A DNA stretch of 64,000 nt from Nitrospirota bacterium (GCA_963699545.1 CAVOUE010000005.1:384001-448000), one strand, 5' to 3'. Numbered from the stretch's first letter, positions 49,984 to 61,626 are shown. Notes: a model not told the origin generated them from the sequence alone. Made by a program: numbers and translations.

Positions 49984-51165
49984 GTGGCAGTCAGTATCGC
50001 GATGATCATTCTCCTCGGCCTGCTTTCCGACCACCTCTTCCGCAGGCTCAATATGCCCGGTCTTGTGGGAATGCTTCTCACAGGAATGGTCCTTGGCCCC
50101 TATGCGCTGAATGTGATCGATCAGGTCATCCTGACGGTCTCTTCCGATTTCAGAATGATCGCCCTCATTGTGATCCTCCTGAGGGCCGGGTTTGCCACAC
50201 AGAGAGAGACGCTTAACAAGGTGGGAAAGACAGCGATCTTGATGGGCGTCGTTCCTGCAGTCCTTGAGGGCGCCATGATAACCGTGATCGCCCGGCAGCT
50301 CTTTGGCATGAGCACTCTTGAGGCGGCTGTTCTGGGTTGCGCTGTCGCCGCTGTCTCTCCCGCGGTAGTCGTCCCCTCGATGATACGCTTCATCGAAGAC
50401 AAGAGAGGGACGAAGAAGGGGATTCCCACCCTGCTGCTGGCTTCTTCTTCTCTTGATAATGTCTTTGTGATTGTCATTTTTTCAGCCCTGATCGGAATGT
50501 ATGAAGGGAAAAGCGCACACCTCTTTACGACACTGCTCCAAATACCCCTTTCGATAGCCCTGGGGATAGCCTCAGGCATAGTCATAGGGTTTGCCCTCTA
50601 CAAGATGTTCGTGCGATACCAGCCGCGGGCCACGAAGAAAGGAATGATCGTCATAGGAGCCGCCATCCTTCTCACCTGGATGGAGAGAGTGCTGAAACCC
50701 TATGTTCTTGTTTCGTCTCTTTCGGGCGTTATGGCCGTAGGGTTCATCATTCTCGAGAAATCAGAACCGATAGCCCACAATATATCTCAGAAACTCGGCA
50801 AGATATGGGTGTTTGCAGAAATACTTCTCTTCGTACTCGTGGGCGCACAGGTCAATGTTCGCGTGGCATGGGATGCAGGTCTGGCAGGAATGGTGCTCAT
50901 CCTTTGCGGGCTGGCCGCCAGGAGCATCGGCACCTTCGCTGCCCTCTTCCTGACCGACCTGAACCTGAAGGAGAAGCTCTTCTGCGTAGTCTCGTATATA
51001 CCTAAGGCGACGGTGCAGGCGGCCATAGGCGCTGTACCGCTCTCCGTGGGCATGAAATCAGGTCATATTATCCTGGCGGTGGCGGTGCTTTCGATACTTT
51101 TTACCGCGCCGCTCGGAGCTGTGGCGATGGATAAGGTCGGCGAAAAAGTTCTGGGAAAGGCATAG
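49984..51165 (+). CDS. Cation:proton antiporter (CPA superfamily, NHA/SLC9B-like)
   Basis: GGAGGG RBS before GTG 49984; PGLVGMLLTG, ALIVILLRAG, AAVSPAVVVP, SSLDNV, PKATVQAAIG. Confidence 0.9.
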   Translation: MAVSIAMIILLGLLSDHLFRRLNMPGLVGMLLTGMVLGPYALNVIDQVILTVSSDFRMIALIVILLRAGFATQRETLNKVGKTAILMGVVPAVLEGAMITVIARQLFGMSTLEAAVLGCAVAAVSPAVVVPSMIRFIEDKRGTKKGIPTLLLASSSLDNVFVIVIFSALIGMYEGKSAHLFTTLLQIPLSIALGIASGIVIGFALYKMFVRYQPRATKKGMIVIGAAILLTWMERVLKPYVLVSSLSGVMAVGFIILEKSEPIAHNISQKLGKIWVFAEILLFVLVGAQVNVRVAWDAGLAGMVLILCGLAARSIGTFAALFLTDLNLKEKLFCVVSYIPKATVQAAIGAVPLSVGMKSGHIILAVAVLSILFTAPLGAVAMDKVGEKVLGKA

Positions 51166-51176
51166 GCAGTATCGGA

Positions 51177-51647
51177 ATGTTTGAACTCGATATTCCAGGT
51201 TTTGGTCTTGTCAGATTAGAACATCTCGTATCAGATTTCACCGGAACTCTGTCTGTTGACGGGACACTCCTCCCCGGAGTAAGGAAGCAGTTAAATAGGA
51301 TATCTGACTTTATGAAGGTTCATATTCTGACCGCTGATACATTTGGAATGGCAACGGCCGAACTTGATGGCACCAATTGCGAAATCCATATCCTTAAGGG
51401 CAACGACCATGATATTCAAAAAAAGGACTATGTGAAAAGGCTTGGGGCTGACAGGGTTATCGCCCTTGGAAACGGCAACAATGACAGAAACATGCTGAAA
51501 GTTTCAAAGATAGGAATTGCCGTTTGCATGAAAGAAGGCTGTGCAATTGATACGATTACATCAGCGGATATTCTTGTCACATCTACTATAGATGCGCTTG
51601 ACCTCTTGCTTAACCCCAAGAGGTTGAAGGCCACCCTGAGATTTTAA
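51177..51647 (+). CDS. HAD-family soluble P-type ATPase-like phosphatase
   Basis: DFTGTL, LTADTFG, K, GNGNND motifs. Confidence 0.88.
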   Translation: MFELDIPGFGLVRLEHLVSDFTGTLSVDGTLLPGVRKQLNRISDFMKVHILTADTFGMATAELDGTNCEIHILKGNDHDIQKKDYVKRLGADRVIALGNGNNDRNMLKVSKIGIAVCMKEGCAIDTITSADILVTSTIDALDLLLNPKRLKATLRF

Positions 51648-51652
51648 GCACG

Positions 51653-51785
51653 GTACCCCTTTCACGTCGGTATGCGATCGGGGGATATGATCCTTGCGAC
51701 CGGGGTGCTTTCCGTGCTTATAACCGCACCTCTTGGAGCCGTGGCTGTGGATAAGGTCGGCGAAAAAGTCATAGGAAAGGGATAG
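51653..51785 (+). pseudogene. Diverged relic copy of the antiporter 3' end
   Basis: Translates VGMRSGDMILATGVLSVLITAPLGAVAVDKVGEKVIGKG* versus VGMKSGHIILAVAVLSILFTAPLGAVAMDKVGEKVLGKA* at the end of 49984-51165. Confidence 0.85.
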
Positions 51786-51898
51786 GCGATAACAGGTAAA
51801 GAACGGAGGGTGCCTTGTCCTTGAATTCGCGGGGAATGCGAGCTTCGGCATTTCTTGGCAAAGCTCCCTTGTGCGGTGAAATATATTACAATAGGCAG

Positions 51899-52366
51899 AT
51901 GAAGGGGAAACAGAAAAGAAGCGAGCTCATCCGGAAAGCGCAGGCGCTGATGAAGGACAGAGACCTTTCAGAGGCGCTGGCTGCGGCCATCGAGGAGAGG
52001 CGCGGAAGCCTCGGGTTTCTGCTGAGCGAACTCAAGGAGCGACGGCCCCGGACGTTTACGCCCTATCTTCTGAAGGGGTCCTCCATCTATGCGGAGCCCG
52101 CCGCCCTGGACCATAAGACCGTGGAACTCGTCGCAGTGGCTGCATCGTCGGCCCTGCACTGCGAACACTGCCTTGAGGCCCATATGGAGCGTGCCCTCCA
52201 GGAAGGGGCATCCCTCGATGAGATACTGGACACCCTCCTCATCGCCGCCGCGATCTCCGAATCGTCCACCCTGTCGGTCTCGCTCAGGAAGTTCAAACAG
52301 AAAGCGGGGAAAATCGAGAAAAAGAGGAAAAAGACTGAGCATCAGCAGGGGCGAAGGGAAGGTTAA
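51899..52366 (+). CDS. Carboxymuconolactone decarboxylase / AhpD-like protein
   Basis: LDHKTVELVAVAASSALHCEHCLEAH...GASLDEI. Confidence 0.88.
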   Translation: MKGKQKRSELIRKAQALMKDRDLSEALAAAIEERRGSLGFLLSELKERRPRTFTPYLLKGSSIYAEPAALDHKTVELVAVAASSALHCEHCLEAHMERALQEGASLDEILDTLLIAAAISESSTLSVSLRKFKQKAGKIEKKRKKTEHQQGRREG

Positions 52367-52426
52367 TAAGGCTGCTGAAATGCCCTGTCAGCGTTTTGTC
52401 TTCGGCGCAGAAGGACTGTAAAGAGC

Positions 52427-53062
52427 TTACGTGCCGGAGGGCATCTCTCCGATTACCGTCTCTCCTGCCTTGACCCTGTCCCCTAATTTGACCCTTATCT
52501 GCGTATTCTGAGGCAGGTAGATGTCCAGTCTTGAACTGAACTTGATGATGCCGTAACGCCCACCTTTTCTGAGGGAATCGCCCGGTTTCACCCGGCAGAC
52601 AGCCCTCCGCGCCAGGAATCCCGCCACCTGGCGCACCAGCACCTTGCCGTATTTCGTATTCAGAAGCATGGCAATATTTTCATTATGAAGGGATGCCTCA
52701 TGCTTGAAGGCGGAGAGGAATTTCCCCGGCGTATGCACCACCGACTCTACTCTGCCGTCACACGGCGCCCTGTTCACATGGACATTGAGGGGAGACATGA
52801 AGATGCTCACCTCCAGCACTTCACCTTTGACGAATCTCTCTTCAGAGACCTTCTGAATCCGGATCACTTTTCCGTCCGCGGGGGCAACGAAGATATTCTC
52901 CCCTTCGGGAATCGCCCTGTCGGGATCTCTGAAAAAATAGGCCATAAAGAGCATCAGGACAAAAGGCGGCAAGGCCCCCCACGGGGAAAAGAGGGCCACA
53001 AGGACAGTCAACCCGAGAAAACCAGCAATAAAAGGATACCCCTCAGGAGCGAACTTGATCAT
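52427..53062 (-). CDS. psd: Phosphatidylserine decarboxylase proenzyme
   Basis: YFFRDPDR, APADGKV, IFMSPLNVHVNRAP, QVAG, IKFSSR. Confidence 0.95.
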   Translation of the reverse strand: MIKFAPEGYPFIAGFLGLTVLVALFSPWGALPPFVLMLFMAYFFRDPDRAIPEGENIFVAPADGKVIRIQKVSEERFVKGEVLEVSIFMSPLNVHVNRAPCDGRVESVVHTPGKFLSAFKHEASLHNENIAMLLNTKYGKVLVRQVAGFLARRAVCRVKPGDSLRKGGRYGIIKFSSRLDIYLPQNTQIRVKLGDRVKAGETVIGEMPSGT

Positions 53063-53258
53063 ACTTGTTCCGGAATACACACGGGACGGGCAGGAGAAGA
53101 CTTCTTATACGACACCTTATAGAAGAAACCTTCTGGGAGATCAATCAAGGACATTTATATTTAATGGACAAAAGCTGGCCATTTAAATATCCTGTCGATT
53201 ATAAGAATTCTGATACTGTTCGTCCCGCGTCACGTAGGTCCTTTATTATCAACGCTTG

Positions 53259-54296
<1,038 letters not shown>

Positions 54297-54314
54297 TCAG
54301 CTCAATAAATTTAC

Positions 54315-55892
54315 TTATTCTTCCTTCAGCAGCTTATACTCAATACTGTCCACCAGCGCCTGCCATGATGCCTCGATGATATTCTCCGAGACCCCCACGG
54401 TGCCCCATTTCTTTTCCTCGTCACCTGATTCCACAAGCACCCTCACCTTCGCGGAGGTCCCCTTGCCTGCAGTGAGGACCCTCACTTTGTAGTCATAGAG
54501 CTTCATCTCTTTCAGTTGCGGGTAGAACTTCTCAAGGGCCTTCCTGAGGGCATTATCAATGGCATTGACCGGACCGTCGCCCGTGGCAGCGGTATGCTCC
54601 ACGTGCCCGCCGACCCTCACCATGATAGTGGCCTCGCTCAGGGAATCTTCCTTTTCCTTCCTCTTCTCGACGATCACCCGGAAGCCGATGAGGTCAAAGA
54701 ACCTCTTGTGAAGCCCCAGGGTCTTCTTCATAAGCAGTTCAAAAGAGGCCTCTGCGCCCTCGAACTGGAACCCCTGGTTCTCCAGGTCCTTGAGTTGTGT
54801 CACGATGTCCTGGACCTGGGGTGAATCCGGGTCCAGATCGATCCCGAAGTCCGACGCCTTCCTCAGGATGTTGCTCTTGCCGGCAAGGTCAGAGATCAGC
54901 ACCCGCTGGGAATTCCCCACCAGCTCGGGTCTTATATGTTCGTACGTCTCCGGCCTCTTCACGATGGCGCTTACGTGAATTCCGCCCTTATGGGCAAAGG
55001 CGCTGTCACCCACAAAGGGCTGCCGCTTGAAATGCCTCAGGTTCGCGATCTCGTTCACATAGCGGGAGACATCCCTCAGCCTCGCGATCTGATCATCGGT
55101 GATCGCGCTCAGCCCCAGCTTGATCTGGAGGTTCGGGATCACGGAGCAGAGGTTCGCATTTCCACACCGCTCCCCGAGGCCGTTGATCGTGCCCTGGACC
55201 TGGGAGGCTCCCAGCTCCACCGCAATGAGAGAATTGGCGACCGCGCATTCCGAATCGTTGTGCGCGTGTATCCCGATGTCCACCGTCACCACCCGGCCTA
55301 TCTTCCCCATGACAGACCTCACGCTCCCCGGAAGGGTGCCGCCGTTGGTGTCGCAGAGGACGATGCAATCGGCGCCGGCTTCCTGCGCGGCAAGCAGGCA
55401 CTTTGTGGCGAATTTCGGGTTATCCCTATATCCGTCAAAGAAATGCTCGGCGTCAAAAAAGACCCTGTCCACATGCTTTTTCAGATAGGCAATGGAATCA
55501 TGGATAATGTCCAGGTTCTCCTTCAGGGATATCCGCAGGGCCTCGCGAACATGGAAATCCCACGTCTTTCCCACGATGGTCACTGTTCCGCACTGTGAAT
55601 GAAGGAGGGCCTTGATGTTCACGTCATCCTGGACCTTGTGCTTCGGCCTATGGGTGCTCCCAAAGGCCGCGACCCTGGTATGCCGCAAGGGGAGTTTGCT
55701 TACCCTCCTGAAGTACTCCACATCCCGCGGATTCGAACCAGGCCACCCACCCTCGATGTAATGGATACCCAGTTCGTCAAGCTTCTCGGTGATACGGAGC
55801 TTGTCCTCCACGGAAAATGATATTTCTTCGCTCTGCGCACCGTCCCTCAGGGTCGTGTCGTAGATCTCTATCGTCTTCTGCTTTTTCTTCAT
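54315..55892 (-). CDS. cimA: Citramalate synthase (bacterial CimA type)
   Basis: [54 protein letters not shown]. Confidence 0.93.
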   Translation of the reverse strand: MKKKQKTIEIYDTTLRDGAQSEEISFSVEDKLRITEKLDELGIHYIEGGWPGSNPRDVEYFRRVSKLPLRHTRVAAFGSTHRPKHKVQDDVNIKALLHSQCGTVTIVGKTWDFHVREALRISLKENLDIIHDSIAYLKKHVDRVFFDAEHFFDGYRDNPKFATKCLLAAQEAGADCIVLCDTNGGTLPGSVRSVMGKIGRVVTVDIGIHAHNDSECAVANSLIAVELGASQVQGTINGLGERCGNANLCSVIPNLQIKLGLSAITDDQIARLRDVSRYVNEIANLRHFKRQPFVGDSAFAHKGGIHVSAIVKRPETYEHIRPELVGNSQRVLISDLAGKSNILRKASDFGIDLDPDSPQVQDIVTQLKDLENQGFQFEGAEASFELLMKKTLGLHKRFFDLIGFRVIVEKRKEKEDSLSEATIMVRVGGHVEHTAATGDGPVNAIDNALRKALEKFYPQLKEMKLYDYKVRVLTAGKGTSAKVRVLVESGDEEKKWGTVGVSENIIEASWQALVDSIEYKLLKEE

Positions 55893-56074
55893 GCTCCCCT
55901 TCTTAACCTTTTGGCTCGTACGTGAATGCGATTGTCTTTGAGAAACAATTTACCCCGGGTTTGGTTAACCAGCCATGAACGTAGGCAGACAAATAACAAC
56001 CGACCCGCATCTCAAGGTGCGAAAAACGGCTATTGTAAATCTTGTTTGAAAAGGTGATCGCCCCCATACTTCCT

Positions 56075-57295
56075 CTATTTTTTCTCCAGTTCAAAGGAAT
56101 CGTGCAGCACCCTTACCGCGAGTTCCGTGTATTTCGCGTCGACGACGCACGAGACCTTCACCTCTGACGTGCTGATCATCACAATATTTATCCGGTGAGA
56201 AGCAAGCGTCTCGAACATCTTCGCCGCAACTCCGGGATGGGTCCTCATCCCCACGCCCACAATGGATATCTTTGCGATATCCTCCCTCAGGGTCACTCCT
56301 TTTGCTTTAAGTTCCTTCGCGATCTCCTGGGTGAGTTTCAGGGTCTTCCGGCTGTCGGTCTTCGGCACGGTGAAGGAGATATCCGTTGCCTTTCCATCCC
56401 CGCTCACATTCTGCACGATCATGTCGACAACAATGCCTGCATCAGCGATATCTTTAAAAAGTTTGGCAGCGATACCCGGCCTGTCCGGAACCGCGGTCAC
56501 CGTGAGCTTGGCCTGGTTCTTGTCATACGCTACCCCTGATACCACAACCTCTTCCATATCCTTATCCTCCCTGGTGACCAGCGTGCCGGCATGATCGTTA
56601 AAGCTCGATCTCACCACCACAGGCACGTCATATTTCATGGCGAACTCCACAGACCTCGCCTGGAGCACCTTGGCCCCAAGACTTGCCAGTTCAAGCATCT
56701 CCTCATAGGAGATCTTCTCCAGTTTCCTCGCTTCAGGCACGATATTGGGATCGGTGGTATAGACCCCGTCAACATCGGTATATATCTCACACAGGTCAGC
56801 GCCCAGCGCAGATGCTATGGCCACCGCCGAAAGGTCGGACCCCCCCCGGCCAAGCGTGGTAACGTCATCCCTGCCCTCGGTGATGCCCTGAAACCCGGCA
56901 ACCACCACGACATATCCCTCGTCAAGGACCTTTTTCGCCCTTTCCCCGGAGATCCTCTCGATCTTCGCCCTTGTGTGGACCGTATTGGTGATGATCCCCA
57001 TCTGCCGTCCCGTAAAGGCCATTGCCTTCTGGCCCATCCCCTCTATGGCAATGGCGGTGAGGGCGCTGGTGACCCGCTCACCGGAAGACAGAAGCAGGTC
57101 CATTTCCCTTTCGCTGGGGTTGGCGGAGATCTGGTGGGCGAGGTTGATCAGCTTGTCGGTCTCACCCGCCATCGCAGAGACGACCACCACCACTTTATGG
57201 CCCGCCCTGGTGGTCTTCACCACGCGCTCCGCGACCGCCTTTATCCTGTCGACGTTGGCAACAGACGTGCCGCCGTACTTCTGAACAATGAGCAT
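56075..57295 (-). CDS. lysC: Aspartate kinase
   Basis: [22 protein letters not shown], two ACT domains. Confidence 0.97.
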   Translation of the reverse strand: MLIVQKYGGTSVANVDRIKAVAERVVKTTRAGHKVVVVVSAMAGETDKLINLAHQISANPSEREMDLLLSSGERVTSALTAIAIEGMGQKAMAFTGRQMGIITNTVHTRAKIERISGERAKKVLDEGYVVVVAGFQGITEGRDDVTTLGRGGSDLSAVAIASALGADLCEIYTDVDGVYTTDPNIVPEARKLEKISYEEMLELASLGAKVLQARSVEFAMKYDVPVVVRSSFNDHAGTLVTREDKDMEEVVVSGVAYDKNQAKLTVTAVPDRPGIAAKLFKDIADAGIVVDMIVQNVSGDGKATDISFTVPKTDSRKTLKLTQEIAKELKAKGVTLREDIAKISIVGVGMRTHPGVAAKMFETLASHRINIVMISTSEVKVSCVVDAKYTELAVRVLHDSFELEKK

Positions 57296-57468
57296 GAACT
57301 CAAAACCTCCTCAAGACCCGCGTAACAGAGATACGGGTAAATGAGCAAAGTGTAATATAACATGTAAACACAACTGACATCAAATAATTGCCGCTCTGTC
57401 CGCTGCGCTGCGGCCCTTTGCAGAGCGGCTGCAGATACTGTGCGGACTCCGGGCGGCGGTCCCCTCTA

Positions 57469-57650
57469 TTGACTTAAATCGGAAAAGGAATTAAAGTACA
57501 CGCGTGAGATATTCGGGCACATATTCCGGCGCGTATGCAGCGGTCCGATTTAGATGCTTCAGGAGCTCTGACTCCACGGGGGTGCCGTCCGGGTTTTGAT
57601 GCGGTATCGGCCATAGCGCGGACCACAGGCGGCAGAACCTGTGGTTTTTT
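57469..57650 (+). promoter_or_regulatory. Putative leader-peptide transcription attenuator of aroF
   Basis: TTGACT-17-TAAAGT promoter; GTG 57504 to TGA 57599 encodes MRYSGTYSGAYAAVRFRCFRSSDSTGVPSGF; terminator ACCACAGG-N8-CCTGTGGT-TTTTT at 57622-57650. Confidence 0.7.
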
Positions 57651-57668
57651 ATTTTGGAGGGAGGACCA

Positions 57669-58685
57669 ATGATCATTGTACTGAAGAAGGGATGTAAGAA
57701 AAGGACCGTTGATTCCATCATAAGGAAGGTGGAAGAACTGGGGTTCAGGGCCCACGCCATCTTCGGCGTGGAACGGACCGTCATCGGCGCAGTGGGCGAT
57801 GACCGGGATAAGCATATGCTCTACGCGCTGGAGGCCATCCCGTGCGTGGAGAAGCTGGTGCCCATCCTCCAGCCTTATAAGCTCGCGAGCAAGGAGATCA
57901 GGAAGGAACCGACCGTTGTGAAAGTGGACGGCGCGGCCTTTGGCGGCGGACACTTCGGGGTGATCGCGGGGCCGTGCTCGGTGGAGAACGAAAAACAGAT
58001 TGTGGAGACGGCCATCAGGGTAAAGAAGGCCGGCGCACGCATGCTGCGGGGCGGTGCCTTTAAGCCAAGGACCTCGCCCTATGCATTTCAGGGTCTGGAG
58101 GAAGAAGGGCTCAAACTCCTCGTCAGGGCACGGGAGGAGTCAGGGCTCCCCTTTGTGACCGAGGTGATAAATCCGGAGGACGTGGAACTGGTGGGAGAAT
58201 ATGCCGACGTCCTTCAGATCGGCGCGCGGAATGTCCAGAACTTCTCCCTCCTCCGGAGGGTCGGCAAATTCGGCAAGCCCATCGTGCTGAAGAGGGGCAT
58301 GTCCACAACCATACAGGAATTCCTGATGTCCGCCGAATATGTGTTGTCCGAGGGCTGCAAGGATGTGGTCCTTTGCGAAAGGGGCATCCGCACCTTTGAG
58401 AACGCCACGAGGAACACCTTGGATATATCCGCGGTGCCGGTGATCCACGAGCGGTCTCATCTTCCGATCATCATAGACCCGTCCCATGCAACGGGTGCAA
58501 GGAATTATGTGCCGCCGCTCTGCTTTGCCGCCATGGCATGCGGTGCGGACGGGATCATGGTGGAGGTCCATCCCGATCCTCAGAAAGCGCTCTGTGATGG
58601 TCCGCAGTCTCTCACCATCGAGGACTTTGCCGTGCTCATGAAACAGCTGCGGAAGCTGTCGAAATTTAACGGGAAGAAACTGTAG
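57669..58685 (+). CDS. aroF: DAHP synthase, class I-beta with N-terminal regulatory domain
   Basis: IAGPCSVE, LRGGAFKPRTSPY, QIGARN, LKRG, LCERGIRTFE, DPSH, EVHP. Confidence 0.96.
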   Translation: MIIVLKKGCKKRTVDSIIRKVEELGFRAHAIFGVERTVIGAVGDDRDKHMLYALEAIPCVEKLVPILQPYKLASKEIRKEPTVVKVDGAAFGGGHFGVIAGPCSVENEKQIVETAIRVKKAGARMLRGGAFKPRTSPYAFQGLEEEGLKLLVRAREESGLPFVTEVINPEDVELVGEYADVLQIGARNVQNFSLLRRVGKFGKPIVLKRGMSTTIQEFLMSAEYVLSEGCKDVVLCERGIRTFENATRNTLDISAVPVIHERSHLPIIIDPSHATGARNYVPPLCFAAMACGADGIMVEVHPDPQKALCDGPQSLTIEDFAVLMKQLRKLSKFNGKKL

Positions 58686-58722
58686 GGGAAGAACGTCGAA
58701 CCGTGAAGTGCCGGCAGGGAAC

Positions 58723-59934
58723 CTACTTCCCCGTGATGAAATAATCCATGAGGGTGTATCCTTCTTCAACCACCATGATATCTTTTCTCTCCGCAATACC
58801 TTCGTCAAAGGCAGCGTCCTTGTTGTCTCTCTTCTTGCGGCTGTCGTAGATCACAAAAGGGATCGGCTCGCTGGTATGCGTCCTTGCTTCGATGGGCGTG
58901 GCATGATCCGGCATGAGCAGGATCCGGTATTCGTCAAATACCTTTGCTCCCCGCACAACAGTCCCCACCACGAGGGCATCGAAATCTTCGATGGCCTTTA
59001 CCTTGTCCCGGCAGTTGCCCGAATGTCCGGCTTCGTCCGGAGCTTCAACATGAATATAGACAAAGTCGCACTTTTCGAGGGCCTTCAGAGAGTACTCTGC
59101 CTTTCCCGTATAGTTGGTGTCGATATAGCCTGTGACTCCGGGAACCTTCAGGATCTCAAATCCGGCGCAAACACCCAGTCCTTTTGTCAGGTCCACCGCC
59201 GACACCAGCGCACCTGAGAGGGAATATTTTCCCCTGAAGGTCGGCATCTGGGGCTTCCTTCCCTGTCCCCAGAGCCATATGCTGTTGGCCGGGTTCTTCC
59301 CCTTTGCGATCCGTTGCCTGTTCACCGGGTGACAGTTAAGTATCCCCACCGACGCTCTCATAAGATTCCGCAAGACCTCTTCCCCTTCTCCTGAGGGCAG
59401 GTAGTCGGCGATCTCCCTTCCCGTGATATCATGGGGAGGCACGCATTCACCATCCAGCGTGCCGTTCCGCCATACCATGAGATGGCGGTAGCTCACCCCG
59501 GGGTAAAACCTGATATCATCTGTTCCGAGTTCACTGTTGATATCCTTTATGAGAGCATGCGCTTCCTCCGTAGAAATATGGCCTCCGCTGTAATCGTCCA
59601 TGATCGCCCGTGTCTTTTCCCTGTCGAACTTCAGGGTGACCAGGTTGCAACGGTACGCGACATCGCCTTCATTCAGTTCAATTCCCATGCTTGCGGCTTC
59701 AAGGGGAGCGCGGCCGCTGTAGAATTTCCTCGGGTCATACCCGAGGATACTGAGGTTCGCCACATCAGAGCCGGGATGAAACCCCTGGGGGATGGTCCTG
59801 ACCGTACCTATGACACCTTCCCTGGCAAGCCTGTCCATGTTCGGGGTAAACGCCTTCTGAAGCGGTGTCTTCCCCTCCAGCTCTTTCAACGGCCTGTCAG
59901 CCATCCCGTCACCGATGATAACGATGTATTTCAC
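58723..59934 (-). CDS. Cofactor-independent phosphoglycerate mutase (ApgM family)
   Basis: IGDGMAD, GKTPL, PGSDVAN, SGRAPLEAAS, HVEAPDEAGH, PDHATP. Confidence 0.92.
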   Translation of the reverse strand: MKYIVIIGDGMADRPLKELEGKTPLQKAFTPNMDRLAREGVIGTVRTIPQGFHPGSDVANLSILGYDPRKFYSGRAPLEAASMGIELNEGDVAYRCNLVTLKFDREKTRAIMDDYSGGHISTEEAHALIKDINSELGTDDIRFYPGVSYRHLMVWRNGTLDGECVPPHDITGREIADYLPSGEGEEVLRNLMRASVGILNCHPVNRQRIAKGKNPANSIWLWGQGRKPQMPTFRGKYSLSGALVSAVDLTKGLGVCAGFEILKVPGVTGYIDTNYTGKAEYSLKALEKCDFVYIHVEAPDEAGHSGNCRDKVKAIEDFDALVVGTVVRGAKVFDEYRILLMPDHATPIEARTHTSEPIPFVIYDSRKKRDNKDAAFDEGIAERKDIMVVEEGYTLMDYFITGK

Positions 59935-60992
59935 AGTATTGATTCCACAACCTTTGAAACCGCGTTCATTTCCGACTTCACCTTCAACGGTTGCCCGGCC
60001 ACCTTGAAGACCGTGTCAGGGTCTTTCAGCCCGTGTCCCGTCAGGGTACAGACCACGGTGGCGCCCTTCCTGAAATATCCTTCCCTGTATAATTTTATAA
60101 CACCCGCAACGGATGCTGCGGAGGCAGGCTCACAGAAGATCCCTTCGGATGCCGCGATAAGACCGTAGGCGTTCAGGATATCCTCGTCGGTCACCGCCTC
60201 TATTCTCCCGCCGGACTCATCTCTTGCAGCTTCTGCGCCCTTCCAGCTCGCAGGGTTGCCTATCCTGATGGCGGTCGCAATGGTCTCGGGTTTTTCCACA
60301 GGACGTCCCAGCACGATGGGTGCCGCCCCTGAAGCCTGAAACCCAAGCATCACCGGCACGTTCTTCACCCTGTTCCTTCCCTTAAATTCCTTGTATCCCT
60401 TCCAGTAGGCAGTGATATTTCCGGCATTCCCCACCGGAAGGGCATGAAACTCAGGAGCAGCGCCAAGAACATCGCAGATCTCAAAGGCAGCGGACTTCTG
60501 CCCTTCGAGGCGAAAAGGGTTGATGGAGTTCACAAGCGTAATGGGATATTTCTCCACCAGCGTTTTCACCAGTTTCAATGCTTCATCAAAGTTTCCCTCG
60601 ATCTGTAATACATGTGCACCGTGGATAAGGGCCTGGGCAAGTTTACCCAGAGCGATCTTTCCCTCAGGGATGATCACGATCGCTTTCATCCCTGCCCGCG
60701 CCGCATACGCCGCAGCCGACGCGGAGGTATTGCCGGTCGATGCGCAGATCACTGCCCTTGATCCCGACTCGACCGCTCGGGAAATGGCCATGGTCATCCC
60801 CCTGTCCTTGAAAGATCCCGTGGGATTGGCGCCGTCGAATTTCAGGAAGATGTCCAGGTCCAGCCCTGTCCTCTTTTGAAGGTTCACGGCTCTTACCAGG
60901 GGGGTATTCCCCTCTTTCAGCGTAACAACAGGTGTCTTGTCAGAAACAGGGAGAAATTCCCGGTACTCTTCTATGATTCCTCGCCAGGCCAT
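59931..60992 (-). CDS. thrC: Threonine synthase
   Basis: EGNTPL, NPTGSFKDRG, CASTGNTSAS, PVGNAGN, FCEPASAAS, TGHGLKD. Confidence 0.96.
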   Translation of the reverse strand: MAWRGIIEEYREFLPVSDKTPVVTLKEGNTPLVRAVNLQKRTGLDLDIFLKFDGANPTGSFKDRGMTMAISRAVESGSRAVICASTGNTSASAAAYAARAGMKAIVIIPEGKIALGKLAQALIHGAHVLQIEGNFDEALKLVKTLVEKYPITLVNSINPFRLEGQKSAAFEICDVLGAAPEFHALPVGNAGNITAYWKGYKEFKGRNRVKNVPVMLGFQASGAAPIVLGRPVEKPETIATAIRIGNPASWKGAEAARDESGGRIEAVTDEDILNAYGLIAASEGIFCEPASAASVAGVIKLYREGYFRKGATVVCTLTGHGLKDPDTVFKVAGQPLKVKSEMNAVSKVVESIL

Positions 60993-60993
60993 A

Positions 60994-61230
60994 TCACTCC
61001 ACGATATCCCCTTCCACAAGCTCTACGTCAATTCCCTGATCCCGCAACGACTGTATGCCTTTTCCGAGATTCTCTTCAGTGCCTTCCAGCTCCAGCACCA
61101 TCTCACCCACTGTCTCGGTGACCCGCGCCCTCCGTATGTTCGGCATCACGTCGAATCTCTTCGCCATGCTGAAGATCACCGGTTCCTTGATAAGCTGTTG
61201 AGGGAAGGTCAGCTTAATACGCCTTTTCAT
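60994..61230 (-). CDS. Stand-alone NIL-domain protein
   Basis: LTFPQQLIKEPVI...NIRRARV...GEMVLELEG. Confidence 0.85.
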   Translation of the reverse strand: MKRRIKLTFPQQLIKEPVIFSMAKRFDVMPNIRRARVTETVGEMVLELEGTEENLGKGIQSLRDQGIDVELVEGDIVE

Positions 61231-61320
61231 ATATCCTCCTCTTCGATTCGTTTCGGGTTCGGGGCAATGAGGTCGGCGAATATCTCAGAACCTCCCAACC
61301 CCGGACAAAGCCCTCTTACC

Positions 61321-61599
61321 CTAATGACAGCCCCCTGCAATAGCAGGAACTATGGATACCTCGTCGCCGTCCTTGACCACGGTGTCCTCCGCCTTAAGAA
61401 ACCGTATATCTTCTTCATTGACATAGATGTTCACAAATCTCCGTATCTTGCCGCCTTCAGATATCCTCTCCCCTATTCCGGGGAATCTTTTTTCCAGGTC
61501 TGCAACAAGACTGATGATGCTTCCTGCAATCCCTTCCACCTCTTCCTTCCCCTGCGTCAACCTCTGCAGCGGGGTCGGAATCCTCACTTTCACCGCCAT
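61321..61599 (-). CDS. MoaD/ThiS/CysO-family ubiquitin-like sulfur carrier with C-terminal extension (GG-CH)
   Basis: VRIPTPL, RRFVNIYVNEEDIRFL, DGDEVSIVPAIAGG followed by CH*. Confidence 0.92.
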   Translation of the reverse strand: MAVKVRIPTPLQRLTQGKEEVEGIAGSIISLVADLEKRFPGIGERISEGGKIRRFVNIYVNEEDIRFLKAEDTVVKDGDEVSIVPAIAGGCH

Positions 61600-61626
61600 T
61601 TCGATCACCTCCCTACTAATTACTCG

